A stretch of 64,000 bases of DNA from Polyangiales bacterium (GTDB lineage Bacteria; Myxococcota_A; Polyangia; Polyangiales; Polyangiaceae), in assembly GCA_038231275.1 (NCBI GenBank), contig JBBRLQ010000015.1:32001-96000 (forward strand), given 5' to 3'. The notes under the pieces were generated by a model. It was not told the origin of the DNA. It ran no database searches and saw only the letters and a program-made list of their open reading frames with translations. This document shows, piece after piece, positions 30,644 through 41,189 of this stretch (position 1 is its first letter; every line of letters begins with the position of its first letter). The translations under genes and the position numbers were made by a program.

Positions 30644-31105
30644 ATGAAACTTCGGGTGAACGGCGCCGTGCGCGAGGTCGATGCGGACGGAGACATGCCC
30701 CTCCTCTGGGTCCTGCGGGACGTGCTCGGCCTCCCGGGAACCAAATACGGCTGCGGCGTCGCCCAGTGCGGCGCGTGCACCGTTCACCTCGACGGCAAGC
30801 CGGTGCGCGCGTGCGTCACGCCGGTCAAGACCGTGGGCGATCGCGCCGTGACCACGATCGAAGGGCTCTCGCCCGACGGATCGCACGTCGTCCAGCGCGC
30901 GTGGACCGAGGCCGACGTCGTGCAGTGCGGCTACTGCCAATCCGGGCAGATCATGTCGGCCGTCGCGCTCCTCGACGCCAAGCCCGAGCCCGACGACTCC
31001 GACATCGACGCGGCGCTCTCCGGCAACGTCTGCCGATGCGGCACCTACTGCCGCGTGCGCGAGGCCATCCACCTCGCGTCACGCCTGAAGCGAGGCGCGC
31101 GATGA
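30644..31105 (+). CDS. iorA: (2Fe-2S) subunit, isoquinoline 1-oxidoreductase alpha-like
   Basis: [33 protein letters not shown]. Confidence 0.9.
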   Translation: MKLRVNGAVREVDADGDMPLLWVLRDVLGLPGTKYGCGVAQCGACTVHLDGKPVRACVTPVKTVGDRAVTTIEGLSPDGSHVVQRAWTEADVVQCGYCQSGQIMSAVALLDAKPEPDDSDIDAALSGNVCRCGTYCRVREAIHLASRLKRGAR

Positions 31106-33243
31106 GCACCGTTTCACGCCGCGAATTGTTCGAGCTGGGCGGCGGCCTCGCCATCGCCTTCGCCGTCCCGGTCGGACCCAAAGTCGCGCGCGCGGCCGGT
31201 CCGGCCCCCGGCGCGCCGCCCGCGCTCCCGCCGGCCAACGCGTTCCTGCGCATCGGCACCGACGATTCCGTCATCGTGCTGCTCGCGCACTCGGAGATGG
31301 GCCAGGGCATCTGGACCGGCCTCGCGATGCTCATCGCCGAGGAGCTCGACTGCGACTGGTCGAAGGTGCGCTCCGAGCACGCGCCCGCGGCGGCCGTCTA
31401 CGCGAACCCTCGCATGGGCATGCAGATGACCGGCGGCTCCTCGACCACGCACAGCGAGTTCGACCGCTACCGCACGGTCGGCGCACTCGCGAAGGACATG
31501 CTCCTCCGCGCCGCCGCCGCGCGCTGGAAGACGACGCCCGACAAGCTCACCGCGAAGAACGGCGTCATCACGCTCGGCGCGCAGAAGCTCACCTACGGCC
31601 AAGTCGCCGACGACGCCATGAAGCTCCCGCAGCCCGCGAAGGTGAAGCTCAAGGATCCCAAGGACTGGAAGATCATCGGCACGATGGTCCGGCGCATCGA
31701 CAGCCCCGAGAAGATCACCGGCAAGGCCGTCTTCGGGATGGACGTCCAGTTTGCGGGCCTCCGCACCGCCGTCGTCGCGAGGCCGCCGGCGTTCGGGGCC
31801 AAGCTCCTCACGGTCGACGACAAGGCAGCTCTCGCCGTCCCCGGCGTGGAGAAGGTCGTGCGCACCCTCGATGGCGTGGCGGTCGTCGCGAAGCACTTCT
31901 GGGCGGCAAAACAAGGCCGCGACGCGCTCAAGCTCGGATGGCAGGAGCCCGAAGGCGGCGGCGTCGACACGACCGCGCTCATCGAGCAGTTCCGTGCGCA
32001 AGCGAAGGCGCCGGGTGCCATCGCGCACGAGAAGGGCCAGGTCGACCCCGCGCTCTCCGGCGCGAAGACGAAGCTCGAGGTCGAGTACGACGTCCCCTAC
32101 CTCGCGCACGCTCCGATGGAGCCGCTCAACTGCGCCGTGAAGATCGACGGCGGAAAATGCGAGATCTGGACGGGCACGCAGTTCCAGACGATGGACCAAG
32201 GAGCGGCCGCGAGGATCCTCGGCATCAAGCCGCAGGACGTCTCGATCCACACGACGTTCCTCGGCGGAGGCTTCGGCCGTCGCGCGACGCCTGCGTCCGA
32301 CTTCGTGTCGGAGGCGGTCGTGGTCGCCAAGGCGGCCGGCGTTCCCGTCAAGACGGTATGGACCCGCGAGGACGACATCCGCGGCGGCTACTACCGCCCC
32401 GCGTTCGTGCATCGCGTGCGCGCGGCCCTCGGTCCGAGCGGCGATCCGGTCGCGTGGGACCACGTCATCGTCGGCCAATCGATCGCGGCGGGAACCCCGT
32501 TCGAAGGGTTCATGGTCAAAAACGGCGTCGACATCACCTCGGTCGAGGGAGTCGCCGACTCGCCGTACCTCGCGAAGACGCCGGCGATGCGCGTGTCGCT
32601 CCACTCGCCGAAGACCGCGATCCCCGTCCTCTGGTGGCGCTCGGTCGGCAACACGCACACGGCGTTCGCGATGGAGTCCATGATCGACGAGCTCGCGAAC
32701 CTCGCGGGCAAGGACCCGCTCGCGTACCGCCTCGCGCTCCTCGGCGAGAGCTCGCGTCACGGCGCCGCGCTCAAGCTCGCCGCCGACAAGGCCGGATGGG
32801 GTACCGCTCCGCCGTCCGGCCGCGCACGCGGGCTCGCCGTGCACGAGTCGTTCGGCAGCATCATCGCGGAGGTCGCCGAGGTCTCGGTCGACAAGGGAAT
32901 CATCCGCGTCCACACCGTGACGTGCGCCGTCGACTGCGGCACGGCGGTGAACCCGCTCGCCGTCGAGGCGCAGGTCCAGGGGGCCGTCGCGTTCGGCCTC
33001 ACCGCGGCGCTCCACGGCAAGCTCACGCTCGAGAAGGGGCGCGTCCTGGAGAGCAATTTCCACGACTACAAGCCGCTGCGTATGTCCGAAATGCCGCGCG
33101 TCGCGGTCCACATCATCCCCAGCAAGGCAAAAATGGGCGGGATCGGCGAGCCTGCGACGGCTCCGGTCGCGCCGGCCGTCGCCAACGCCGTCTTCGCCCT
33201 CACCAAACAACGCGTGCGCTCGCTCCCGATGCGCATCGCGTGA
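31102..33243 (+). CDS. iorB: Molybdopterin-binding subunit, isoquinoline 1-oxidoreductase beta-like (Tat signal)
   Basis: SRRELF Tat motif, [32 protein letters not shown]. Confidence 0.9.
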   Translation: MSTVSRRELFELGGGLAIAFAVPVGPKVARAAGPAPGAPPALPPANAFLRIGTDDSVIVLLAHSEMGQGIWTGLAMLIAEELDCDWSKVRSEHAPAAAVYANPRMGMQMTGGSSTTHSEFDRYRTVGALAKDMLLRAAAARWKTTPDKLTAKNGVITLGAQKLTYGQVADDAMKLPQPAKVKLKDPKDWKIIGTMVRRIDSPEKITGKAVFGMDVQFAGLRTAVVARPPAFGAKLLTVDDKAALAVPGVEKVVRTLDGVAVVAKHFWAAKQGRDALKLGWQEPEGGGVDTTALIEQFRAQAKAPGAIAHEKGQVDPALSGAKTKLEVEYDVPYLAHAPMEPLNCAVKIDGGKCEIWTGTQFQTMDQGAAARILGIKPQDVSIHTTFLGGGFGRRATPASDFVSEAVVVAKAAGVPVKTVWTREDDIRGGYYRPAFVHRVRAALGPSGDPVAWDHVIVGQSIAAGTPFEGFMVKNGVDITSVEGVADSPYLAKTPAMRVSLHSPKTAIPVLWWRSVGNTHTAFAMESMIDELANLAGKDPLAYRLALLGESSRHGAALKLAADKAGWGTAPPSGRARGLAVHESFGSIIAEVAEVSVDKGIIRVHTVTCAVDCGTAVNPLAVEAQVQGAVAFGLTAALHGKLTLEKGRVLESNFHDYKPLRMSEMPRVAVHIIPSKAKMGGIGEPATAPVAPAVANAVFALTKQRVRSLPMRIA

Positions 33244-33254
33244 GAATCGATCCC

Positions 33255-33872
33255 ATGCGCCTCGTCCTTCCGCTCGTCCTCCCCCTCGCGCTCCTCTCAT
33301 TCGTCCTCCTGCCGTCGTGCGGCGCCAGCCCGCGCGACGCCGCGACGCCTTCCGGCCCACCGGCTTCGCGGGAGGCCGCGATCGCCGCGTTCGAGACCGT
33401 GCGCGCCGTGCTCCAGCACCCGCGTTGCCAGAACTGCCACCCCTCCGGCGACGCGCCTCTCCAAGGCGACGACGGTCGGCCGCACCTCCAGAACGTGCAG
33501 CGCGGCCCGAGCGGTGAAGGACGAGTCGGCGAAGCCTGCGCCACCTGCCACGGACCGGGAAATCTGCCGGCGAGCTACGGCGGCCACGTGCCGCCGGGTG
33601 TGGCGAAGGGCTGGAAGATGCCCCCGCCCGACATGAAGATGGTCTTCGTCGGCGTCGCGGCGGGAGCGCTCTGCGAGCAGCTCAAGGACTCGGCGCGCAA
33701 CGGCCACAAGGACATGGCGGCGCTGCGCACGCACCTCGCGAGCGATCCGCTCGTCCTCTGGGGCTGGGATCCCGGCGTGGGGCGCGCGCCGGTGCCCGTC
33801 CCTCACGACAAGCTCGTCGCCGATTTCGACACGTGGTCTAGAGCCGGCGCGCCGTGCCCCGACGCGAGGTGA
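33255..33872 (+). CDS. Diheme cytochrome c lipoprotein associated with IorAB
   Basis: Lipobox; CQNCH and CATCH heme motifs. Confidence 0.85.
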   Translation: MRLVLPLVLPLALLSFVLLPSCGASPRDAATPSGPPASREAAIAAFETVRAVLQHPRCQNCHPSGDAPLQGDDGRPHLQNVQRGPSGEGRVGEACATCHGPGNLPASYGGHVPPGVAKGWKMPPPDMKMVFVGVAAGALCEQLKDSARNGHKDMAALRTHLASDPLVLWGWDPGVGRAPVPVPHDKLVADFDTWSRAGAPCPDAR

Positions 33873-33876
33873 GCTC

Positions 33877-34680
33877 CTAGCTCGACGTCACGTCGCGCGA
33901 GGTTCCCTTGTCGCTCGCGCACGTGCCCTTGCCGCCGGTGAATGCGCAGGTCCACGTCTCAAAGCGATCCTTCACCGTGATGGTGCCGGTCTTCGCAGTG
34001 CCGTCCCACGCGGCGTCCGAGCTGACGACCACGGTGCCGTCGTTCACGCCGACCGCGAACCAGAACTTTCCGTTCAGGTACTCGAAGTCGGCGTCGATGC
34101 GCTCGTGCTCGCCCTTCACCGTCGCCGTCATGTGAAGGTCGAAGAGCATCAAGAGATCGGCCTGGCTCGGCGTGCCGATCGATTTGATCTTCGCGAACTC
34201 GGTACCGTCGATCGACGCGTCGTTCACCGTGCACGCCTCCGCACGGACCTTGAGCGTCACGTCGACGGAGCCGCCGTGGTAGTTCCTCATCGCCTGCATG
34301 CCGCTGAGATCGTAGGCGAGCGAGCCGCCGTTGGGGCACGCGCACGAGCCGGACTCCGCGCCGCTCTGGAGCGCGGGGCAGAACGACGTCCCCCCGTTCA
34401 CGTCGAGGAAGCGCAGGCTCTTCGCGGTCGTCCCTCCGCTGCCAGAGGTGCTGGTCGACGACGCGCCACCGATCCCGAAGCCGCCACCTTGCTGCGCGCG
34501 CTGCTGAGAGAGGCCAGTCAAGACCTGAGACTCACTGCCGGGAGCGAAGGTGCCGCTCGGGGCCGCGAAGCGCGCCTGGACCGCCAGGAAATCGGGCGTC
34601 GGTCCGAACGGATCGTGGGACGAGCTGGAGCAACCGACCACGCACGCGAGACCCGCGAGCACGAGCACTGAAGTATGCAT
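33877..34680 (-). CDS. Hypothetical Cys-containing lipoprotein
   Basis: VVGC lipobox, S/T/G linker, CACPNGG motif. Confidence 0.8.
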   Translation of the reverse strand: MHTSVLVLAGLACVVGCSSSSHDPFGPTPDFLAVQARFAAPSGTFAPGSESQVLTGLSQQRAQQGGGFGIGGASSTSTSGSGGTTAKSLRFLDVNGGTSFCPALQSGAESGSCACPNGGSLAYDLSGMQAMRNYHGGSVDVTLKVRAEACTVNDASIDGTEFAKIKSIGTPSQADLLMLFDLHMTATVKGEHERIDADFEYLNGKFWFAVGVNDGTVVVSSDAAWDGTAKTGTITVKDRFETWTCAFTGGKGTCASDKGTSRDVTSS

Positions 34681-34877
34681 TTTTGGAAATCCTCCGAAGA
34701 AAGCCGTCGTCGAATTGGACGGGCCTCGGGGAGGCTTTCATCAAGAGGCGTTCCGAATTGTAGGTATGAACGGTTACGGGCAGTTGCTCCTGCCGCGTGA
34801 ACGCGCGTCATCGGATCGGCGTGACCGCGCGGTTACGCCACGAGGTGCGCGATCGCGAAACGCGAACGCGAACGCGT

Positions 34878-36203
34878 TCAGTACCCCTTGCGGGCCACGA
34901 CCGAGTCGCCGACCTCGATCTCGCGCGAGGCGCCGGTGAGGTAGCAGGTGGAGCTGCCCTTCTTAACAGCGAGGACGCGGAGCTCGCCGACGACCTCTTC
35001 GGGGTACTGCGAGTCGTCGCGGCGCGGGATGCGCTCGGTGTCGGCGGGGCTGTCGCTCTCGAGCGCGATGCGCGTCGCGGCGCGCGGCGTGGCCATGCTC
35101 TTGTGCCACGAGTCGCCGCGCCGCACGACGAAGAGGCGGTTGCCCGGCTTGATGCCCGACGCCTCGCCCTTGTCGATGAAGACGACCTGCTGTTGCCCAT
35201 AGAACGGATGCGGCACGATGCTCGCGAGGATCTCGCCGCGCAGCTCTACCTCGTTGCGCACCGGCGGCACGACCTCGAACCTTCGCAGGATGGGCCCGAC
35301 GCGCGCGCCGCGCTCGATGGCGTCGAGCGACTCGGTCACCTGCGCGCGCGCGACGCGATCCTTCGCGTTCCACTGGTCCACCTTCACGGTGCCCTGGATT
35401 TGGATCATCTTGCCGTTGTGGACGTTCTTGATCGGACGGAAGATCGTGAGCTCCTGGCCGATCTTCACGTCGTGGTCGGGGCCGATGCGAACGTAGACTT
35501 CGTCGAAGTCGGTGAGGAACATCTTGTCCTCGCGCGCGCCGGTGATCTCTCCCCAGTTGATGGGATCGTCGTCGTCGATGAAGCCGTTGTCCCGGAGGAA
35601 GATCGTCTCCATCGGGAATTTGCGGCGGCGCTCGACGAGGTTGCCGCCGGTGGACGGGGAGGGTGTGGACGGCGTCGGGATGACCGCGTCGCCCTTCAGG
35701 CGAACTTGATCGCCCGGGTAGATCCAGTGCGGGTTCTGGATCTGCGGGTTATATGACCAAATCCGCGGCCACTGGTACGGGTTCCGGAAATACGAGTCGC
35801 AGATCCGCCAGAGCGTGTCGCCCTTCCGAACCTGGTGCACGTCGGCGTTCACGATCGCGGTGCCGTCCGAGATGCCGATGCTCGAGCCGCCGCCGAAGAC
35901 CGGACCGCGGTCGTCGCCGTGCATGGTGCCGGAGCCGCCGCTCTTCGGGCCCAGATCGAACCCGTCGCGCTCGGTGCCGGTGATGGGCCGCGACGACGAG
36001 CCGGTCGCGTTGCCGCCGCCGAGCACACCGCCGGGAGGTGGAGGCGCGACGGCTCCGCCGTAAATGGGGGCCGCAGGGGCGACGACGACCTGACCGCCTC
36101 CGCCCGCGGCGGGCGCGGCGCCGCCTGGTTGCTGCTGGGCCAGGGCAACGCCAGGAATCGCGAGCGCGAGCGCGAGCGCAATCGGAGAGATCGAGCGAAT
36201 CAT
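34878..36203 (-). CDS. LysM peptidoglycan-binding protein
   Basis: Signal peptide; HQVRKGDTLWRI...NPQIQNPHWIYPGD. Confidence 0.9.
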   Translation of the reverse strand: MIRSISPIALALALAIPGVALAQQQPGGAAPAAGGGGQVVVAPAAPIYGGAVAPPPPGGVLGGGNATGSSSRPITGTERDGFDLGPKSGGSGTMHGDDRGPVFGGGSSIGISDGTAIVNADVHQVRKGDTLWRICDSYFRNPYQWPRIWSYNPQIQNPHWIYPGDQVRLKGDAVIPTPSTPSPSTGGNLVERRRKFPMETIFLRDNGFIDDDDPINWGEITGAREDKMFLTDFDEVYVRIGPDHDVKIGQELTIFRPIKNVHNGKMIQIQGTVKVDQWNAKDRVARAQVTESLDAIERGARVGPILRRFEVVPPVRNEVELRGEILASIVPHPFYGQQQVVFIDKGEASGIKPGNRLFVVRRGDSWHKSMATPRAATRIALESDSPADTERIPRRDDSQYPEEVVGELRVLAVKKGSSTCYLTGASREIEVGDSVVARKGY

Positions 36204-37123
36204 TTCGTCACCTCGCGCCGCGGGGCGGGCGCATCGCCGGTCTGTGGCTTGATTCGTCGAGAGGCCTCCGAGCGCGGGAAATCCCGCTGGAGGCGCTGGT
36301 AGGTCTGGGCCGCCTTCTGCGGGTTGCCGAGCTTCTCTTGCGACAAGCCGAGCTTGAGGAGCGCGTCGGGGACCTTGTTGCCGAGCGGAAAGCGCGTGAT
36401 GACGCCCTCGAACTGCTCCGCCGCGCGCGCGAATTCGCCCTGCGCGAAGTAGGACTCGCCGCGCCAGTACGTCGCGTTGTCGGCGTTCGGGTGGTCCGGC
36501 CATTTGACGAGGAACGCCGCGAACGCCTCGAGCGCTTGCGCGTACTGCTTGTTGTTCACGAGCGCGAGCGCCGCGTCGTACGCCTGCTTCGCGGCCGGAT
36601 CGAGCGCGGACGGTCGCGGCGCGCCGTTCTGTACCGGAGGGCCCGCGGCGCCACCGTTCGGCGCCTCGTCGGGGATCGTCTCTTCGATCTGCTGGATGCT
36701 GCTGCTGACCACGCCGCGCTTGCCGCGAACGCCGGGAATCCCCTGGATCTTGATCGACGGGCGCGGCGACGTGTCCTCGGGATCCTCGCCGTTCAGCGTG
36801 CTCGACGTCTCGGCCGACGATTGCGTCTGCTCGGCCCCGTCGGGCGAGATGTGGACGACGCGCTGGCTCGGCGTCTTGACCGGTCCGACGCCCTTCGATC
36901 GCGGCGGCGGCGGCGGGGGCTGGGCCGCAGCCTCCATCTCCGCGGAGGTGAGGCGCTTCGCGTACTTCTCGTTGTCCTCTTGGACGTACGCGAGACTTTC
37001 GCTGAGCTGCGCGAGCTGCCGCTCCTCCGCGCTCTCACCGCGAGCGCAGCCGAGCGCAGACAAGAGGAGGAGAGGCACCCCCAAGACGACGAGAGGCAGC
37101 GCCATGATCACACGCGTTCGCAT
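36200..37123 (-). CDS. cpoB: Tol-Pal system TPR protein CpoB/YbgF
   Basis: Lipobox, coiled coil, HPNADNATYWRGE, GNKVPDALLKLG. Confidence 0.85.
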   Translation of the reverse strand: MRTRVIMALPLVVLGVPLLLLSALGCARGESAEERQLAQLSESLAYVQEDNEKYAKRLTSAEMEAAAQPPPPPPRSKGVGPVKTPSQRVVHISPDGAEQTQSSAETSSTLNGEDPEDTSPRPSIKIQGIPGVRGKRGVVSSSIQQIEETIPDEAPNGGAAGPPVQNGAPRPSALDPAAKQAYDAALALVNNKQYAQALEAFAAFLVKWPDHPNADNATYWRGESYFAQGEFARAAEQFEGVITRFPLGNKVPDALLKLGLSQEKLGNPQKAAQTYQRLQRDFPRSEASRRIKPQTGDAPAPRREVTK

Positions 37124-37211
37124 CCCCTCGAGCGTAGGCCCGCCGCACGAGACGGGCCAATTTCTGGGTTGCACTACGCCTGAGCTGGGTCACCTTTACG
37201 CGCCCCCGAAT

Positions 37212-38048
37212 ATGGGAGACTCTTGGGACCGAGGGAGAACCGTGCAGCCGCGTAGACGCAGAATCGACTTGAAGAAGACCATGTTCCTTTTGCCGAACAT
37301 GATCACGCTCTCGAGCATTTTTTGCGGGTTCTACTCGATCAGCGTGAGCGCCGACGCCACGAGCGACGACGACTTCTATAAGGCCTCCGTCCTCCTCATC
37401 TTCGCCCTGTTCTTCGACATGCTCGACGGGCGGGTCGCTCGCCTCACCAAGACGCAGAGCGCGTTCGGCCTACAGATCGACTCGCTCGCGGACGTCGTGT
37501 CGTTCGGGGTTGCCCCGGGCATCCTCGTCTACAAGTACTCGCTCCACCAGCTGGGGCTCGCGGGGCTGTTCATCAGCTTCCTGTTCGCCGGCGCCGGCGC
37601 GGTGCGGCTCGCGCGCTTCAACGTGCTGTCGATGGGCGAGGGCGGAAAGCCGACCAAGCCCGGCAAATACATCTTGGGCCTCCCGGTCCCCGGCGCGGCA
37701 GGCATCCTGATCGCGCTGGTCGTCGCGAACCACGCCATCGCCGGCAACCTGGGCGGCCCTCAGTATTTGTGGCCGATGACGGCGCTGACGATCTTCCTCG
37801 CGTTCTTGATGGTGTCGACGATCAAGTTCCGCAGCTTCAAGGACCTGAAGCTGAACGCGCGCAGCGTGGCGCTCGTCTTCTTCGCGATCGGCTCGAGCGC
37901 GGTCGTGTGGGTGAAGTACAAGCCCGAGTTCGTGCTGATCTGGCTGCTCGGCTTCTACGTGCTGCTCGGCCTCGTCGAGACCCTCGTGAACCTTCCGCGT
38001 CGCCGGCAGATCGATCCGGACGCCGAACGGACCACCCTCCCGCCGTGA
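37212..38048 (+). CDS. pssA: CDP-diacylglycerol--serine O-phosphatidyltransferase (alternative start GTG 37242)
   Basis: LPNMIT, DMLDGRVAR...FGLQIDSLAD, RLARFN, LMVS. Confidence 0.93.
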   Translation: MGDSWDRGRTVQPRRRRIDLKKTMFLLPNMITLSSIFCGFYSISVSADATSDDDFYKASVLLIFALFFDMLDGRVARLTKTQSAFGLQIDSLADVVSFGVAPGILVYKYSLHQLGLAGLFISFLFAGAGAVRLARFNVLSMGEGGKPTKPGKYILGLPVPGAAGILIALVVANHAIAGNLGGPQYLWPMTALTIFLAFLMVSTIKFRSFKDLKLNARSVALVFFAIGSSAVVWVKYKPEFVLIWLLGFYVLLGLVETLVNLPRRRQIDPDAERTTLPP

Positions 38049-38091
38049 CCGTCGGCGCCGCCTCGCGCGCCGTGCTTTAATCCCGGTCCGG

Positions 38092-39960
38092 ATGCTCGAC
38101 GATCTCTACCACCTGCGGGAGCGCGCGCGCGTGGCGCTCGGCAAGGGCGACCTCGACGAGGCGGCGAATCTCCTCGTCAGCGCCGCCGCGCAGACGCACG
38201 TCGCCGAGCACGACTACGTGTCGGTGCTGAAGCCGCTTGTCGAGGTGCTCCTGAAGCGTGGCGACGTGCGGAGCGCGCTGTCGGTCCAGTGGTACCTCGC
38301 GTTCGGCGAATCCGACGGATGGAAGACGGCGCTCACGTTGATGCCTCACGCGCTGCCCGTCGATCGCGCGCGCACGTTGGCGGCGGCCGCGGCGGCGACG
38401 GCCGACAAGAAGGCCGAGGCCGAGTACATGGCCAACGCCGCGCGCGAAATGGAGAACGCGGGCCTCGTCGCCGCCGCTGCCATTTACCGCGAGAAGTCGC
38501 AGGATTTCCGAGGCGCGCGCGCTCTATGGTCGCGGTTGTCGCAAGTGACCGGCACCGGCGCCGACGCGTACAACGCCGCGCTCGTCCAGTTCAACCTCGC
38601 CCGCTGCGCCAAGGCGTGCGGCGATCCGCGCCAGGCGCGCGAGGCCATCGTCGCGAGCGTGCGCTTGCTGGAGGAGGCGGCCGATCACTTCGAGAGCGTC
38701 GGGCAGCGCGAGCGCGCGTTCGACTGCTTCCAAGTGCTGGTTCAGATCGGTCGCGAGGCGAAGATGTTCGAGGACGTCCTCGAGGGCTTCGTGAATTGCA
38801 TTCGGATCCTGCGCGAAGATCACCTGAAGTATTTCGCGCTCCAATATTTCGAAGACGCGCTGTCGGCGGCGAAGGACAATAAGGAGTTCTCGGCGGCGGC
38901 GACGCTCGCGCGCGAGGCCAGCGAGTATTCGCGCGCGTTGGCGATGCCGTCGGCGAGCGCGCACTACACCCTCGTGCAGGCGTCGCTCTGGCAAGACGTC
39001 GCGCGCCACCAGCTCGAACGCGGCGCGCCGCCGGAGATCGCCGAGAACGCGCTCCTCGCCGCGGTGTTGGCGTACGGCGAGGTCGGCCAGTTCGCGAAGG
39101 TCGGACAGCTCTACGGAGAGCTCTCTGCGATGGATCTCGAGCCGTCGCGCAAAGACCACTACGCGCGCGCGTCGAAGCGCTACGCCGGGGTGAAGGACGA
39201 GCCGATCGATGCGACGCCGCTGCCGTCGCACCTCCGCCAAGACAACCATTTCCCAGACGTTTGGCACGTCGACTTGCTCGAGTGGGAGCAACAAGGAAGC
39301 GCCGCCGAGGCGTGCGCCGACGTGCTGCTCGACAAGAGGTGGCCCGATCTCATTCGCCGGAAGGCGCTCCTCGCGCGCCTCACGGCGTTCGCGGTGGAAG
39401 GGAAACCGGAAGAGGCGCAGGCGGGGGCGCTTCTCGTGGGCGCGCGCGTCCGCCTCGCCGAGCAGCTCGCGCAGCTCCAGCTCTACGTGGTCCTCTCTCC
39501 GCTGGAGAAGCTCTTCGAGCGACCCGAGCGCCAAGTGAAGGCGGCGGTTTTGTCGTCGATGCAGACGCTCTTCTTCAAGCGAAGCTTCATCACCGTCCGC
39601 GCGGGGCTCCGCGACGCCGACCCCGCGATCGTCGAGCACGCCGCGCGCGCGGTGGAGGCGCTCTATTTCCAGCACGCGTTCGATCCGCTCTCGCGCATCG
39701 TGCGCGAGGCGCCGCAGCCGACGGTGCGAGCAGCGGCGCTCCGTGCCCTCGCGCGGGTCGACACGCTGGAGGCGGCGGAGTTCTTGCTGGGTGTCCTCGA
39801 GCACGGCGCGCCCGTCGATCGCACAGCCGCGCTCGAAGGCTTGAAGCGTTCGCGCGGCGCCCGGTTCGTGGAGCTCGCAAAACAATCCTTCCGCGCCTCC
39901 GGCCCCGAGGTGCAGAGCGCGATTCGGGAAGTATTCCGCGCGCGTGGCATCGCGGCCTGA
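38092..39960 (+). CDS. All-helical TPR/HEAT-repeat protein
   Basis: Ala/Leu/Glu-rich helical repeats; C-terminal HEAT-like 'VRAAALRALA'. Confidence 0.8.
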   Translation: MLDDLYHLRERARVALGKGDLDEAANLLVSAAAQTHVAEHDYVSVLKPLVEVLLKRGDVRSALSVQWYLAFGESDGWKTALTLMPHALPVDRARTLAAAAAATADKKAEAEYMANAAREMENAGLVAAAAIYREKSQDFRGARALWSRLSQVTGTGADAYNAALVQFNLARCAKACGDPRQAREAIVASVRLLEEAADHFESVGQRERAFDCFQVLVQIGREAKMFEDVLEGFVNCIRILREDHLKYFALQYFEDALSAAKDNKEFSAAATLAREASEYSRALAMPSASAHYTLVQASLWQDVARHQLERGAPPEIAENALLAAVLAYGEVGQFAKVGQLYGELSAMDLEPSRKDHYARASKRYAGVKDEPIDATPLPSHLRQDNHFPDVWHVDLLEWEQQGSAAEACADVLLDKRWPDLIRRKALLARLTAFAVEGKPEEAQAGALLVGARVRLAEQLAQLQLYVVLSPLEKLFERPERQVKAAVLSSMQTLFFKRSFITVRAGLRDADPAIVEHAARAVEALYFQHAFDPLSRIVREAPQPTVRAAALRALARVDTLEAAEFLLGVLEHGAPVDRTAALEGLKRSRGARFVELAKQSFRASGPEVQSAIREVFRARGIAA

Positions 39961-39976
39961 CGTGTGCGACGATTCC

Positions 39977-41176
39977 ATGATGGCGCTCAAGTGGACGGCC
40001 CTCGCGGCGGCGTTCGTGCTCGTGGGTTGCTCCGACGACGGTTCGGGTGGTGCGACCGGGAGCAGCGGCTCTAGCGGGACCAGCGGGACGAGTGGCAGCA
40101 GTGGGACCAGCGGCACCAGCGGAACGAGCGGCAGCAGCGGAACCAGTGGATCGAGTGGCTCCAGCGGCACCAGCGGAACCAGCGGATCGAGTGGCTCCAG
40201 CGGTACCAGCGGCACCGACGGAGGCAACCCCAACGGCACCGGGCTCTTCCCCAGCTCGTCGATCTTCTACCAGGACATCTCCGCGGCGCCGGTCGACGCC
40301 GCATGGACCACGATCCGTCCCGCCGTCGACGCGCTCGGCGGCTTCGGCACCGGCGCCATCCAGATGAATTTCGAGATCCACGTCCTCCACGCCGACGCGG
40401 CGGTCGTGCCGCGCCCGTTCACGCAAGACGCAAACAACTTCTTCGTCGGCGAGTGCGACACCGCGCCAATCCCGGTCCCGCCCGGCGGCGCGATGGAAGC
40501 CGTGAACAACTACACGTGCGACATCGCGAACAACGACTGCCACCTCGTCGTCGTCCAAGGCAACCGCTTGTACGAGGGCTGGCGCGCGACGATCGGCGGC
40601 GGAACGGCGACCGGCAACCCTTTCATCAGCGGCTGCGTCGCGATCTGGGATCTCACCAAGGACTACTGGCAACCGGTGTCGGCCGGCGCCGTCTACAGCC
40701 GCGGAGATCACTGCGGCAGCGCCGACGCCGGGGGCTTCCCGATCGCCGCGATGCTCTTCAACGCCGACGAGGTCTCGGCCGGCGAGGTCAAGCACGCGAT
40801 CCGCTTCATCATGCCGAACGATCGGATCCGCTCCGACGTCTATGTGCACCCCGCCATCCACGCCGCCGGCAGCGGCGCGCAGGACGTCCTGCCGTACGGT
40901 GCGCGCCTGCGCCTCAAGGCAGGGACGGATCTCACGAAGCTCAAGCCGTGGGCCAAGGTCGTCGCGAAGGCGATGCAGAAGTACGGCATGTTCCTGTCCG
41001 ACGGCGGAAATCAGGCGCTCACGGCGCAGTCCGACAAATTCACGACCGCCAAGTGGGGGACCAACCTCACGCAGAACGATCTGGGCGCCTTGACGTTCGA
41101 CGACTTCGAGATGGTCGCCGGCGGCACGCGCATCCCGAAGAGCGGCAACTGCCCGCACGTCGTCCTCACGAAGTAG
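39977..41176 (+). CDS. Lipoprotein with Gly/Ser/Thr repeat linker
   Basis: LVGC lipobox; (GSS/GTS)n; folded domain with GARLRLK and KYGMFLSDGG. Confidence 0.85.
   Translation: MMALKWTALAAAFVLVGCSDDGSGGATGSSGSSGTSGTSGSSGTSGTSGTSGSSGTSGSSGSSGTSGTSGSSGSSGTSGTDGGNPNGTGLFPSSSIFYQDISAAPVDAAWTTIRPAVDALGGFGTGAIQMNFEIHVLHADAAVVPRPFTQDANNFFVGECDTAPIPVPPGGAMEAVNNYTCDIANNDCHLVVVQGNRLYEGWRATIGGGTATGNPFISGCVAIWDLTKDYWQPVSAGAVYSRGDHCGSADAGGFPIAAMLFNADEVSAGEVKHAIRFIMPNDRIRSDVYVHPAIHAAGSGAQDVLPYGARLRLKAGTDLTKLKPWAKVVAKAMQKYGMFLSDGGNQALTAQSDKFTTAKWGTNLTQNDLGALTFDDFEMVAGGTRIPKSGNCPHVVLTK
40058..40216 (+). repeat. 9-nt coding tandem repeat (GSS/GTS) with a 36-nt higher-order duplication
   Basis: AGCGGAACCAGYGGATCGAGTGGCTCCAGCGGYACC occurs twice in tandem. 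Confidence 0.85.
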
Positions 41177-41189
41177 CGGAGAGGACCGC

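Noticed and set aside
40058..40216. Tandem repeats as a CRISPR array
   Set aside because: In-frame 9-nt coding repeats with no unique spacers; no cas genes
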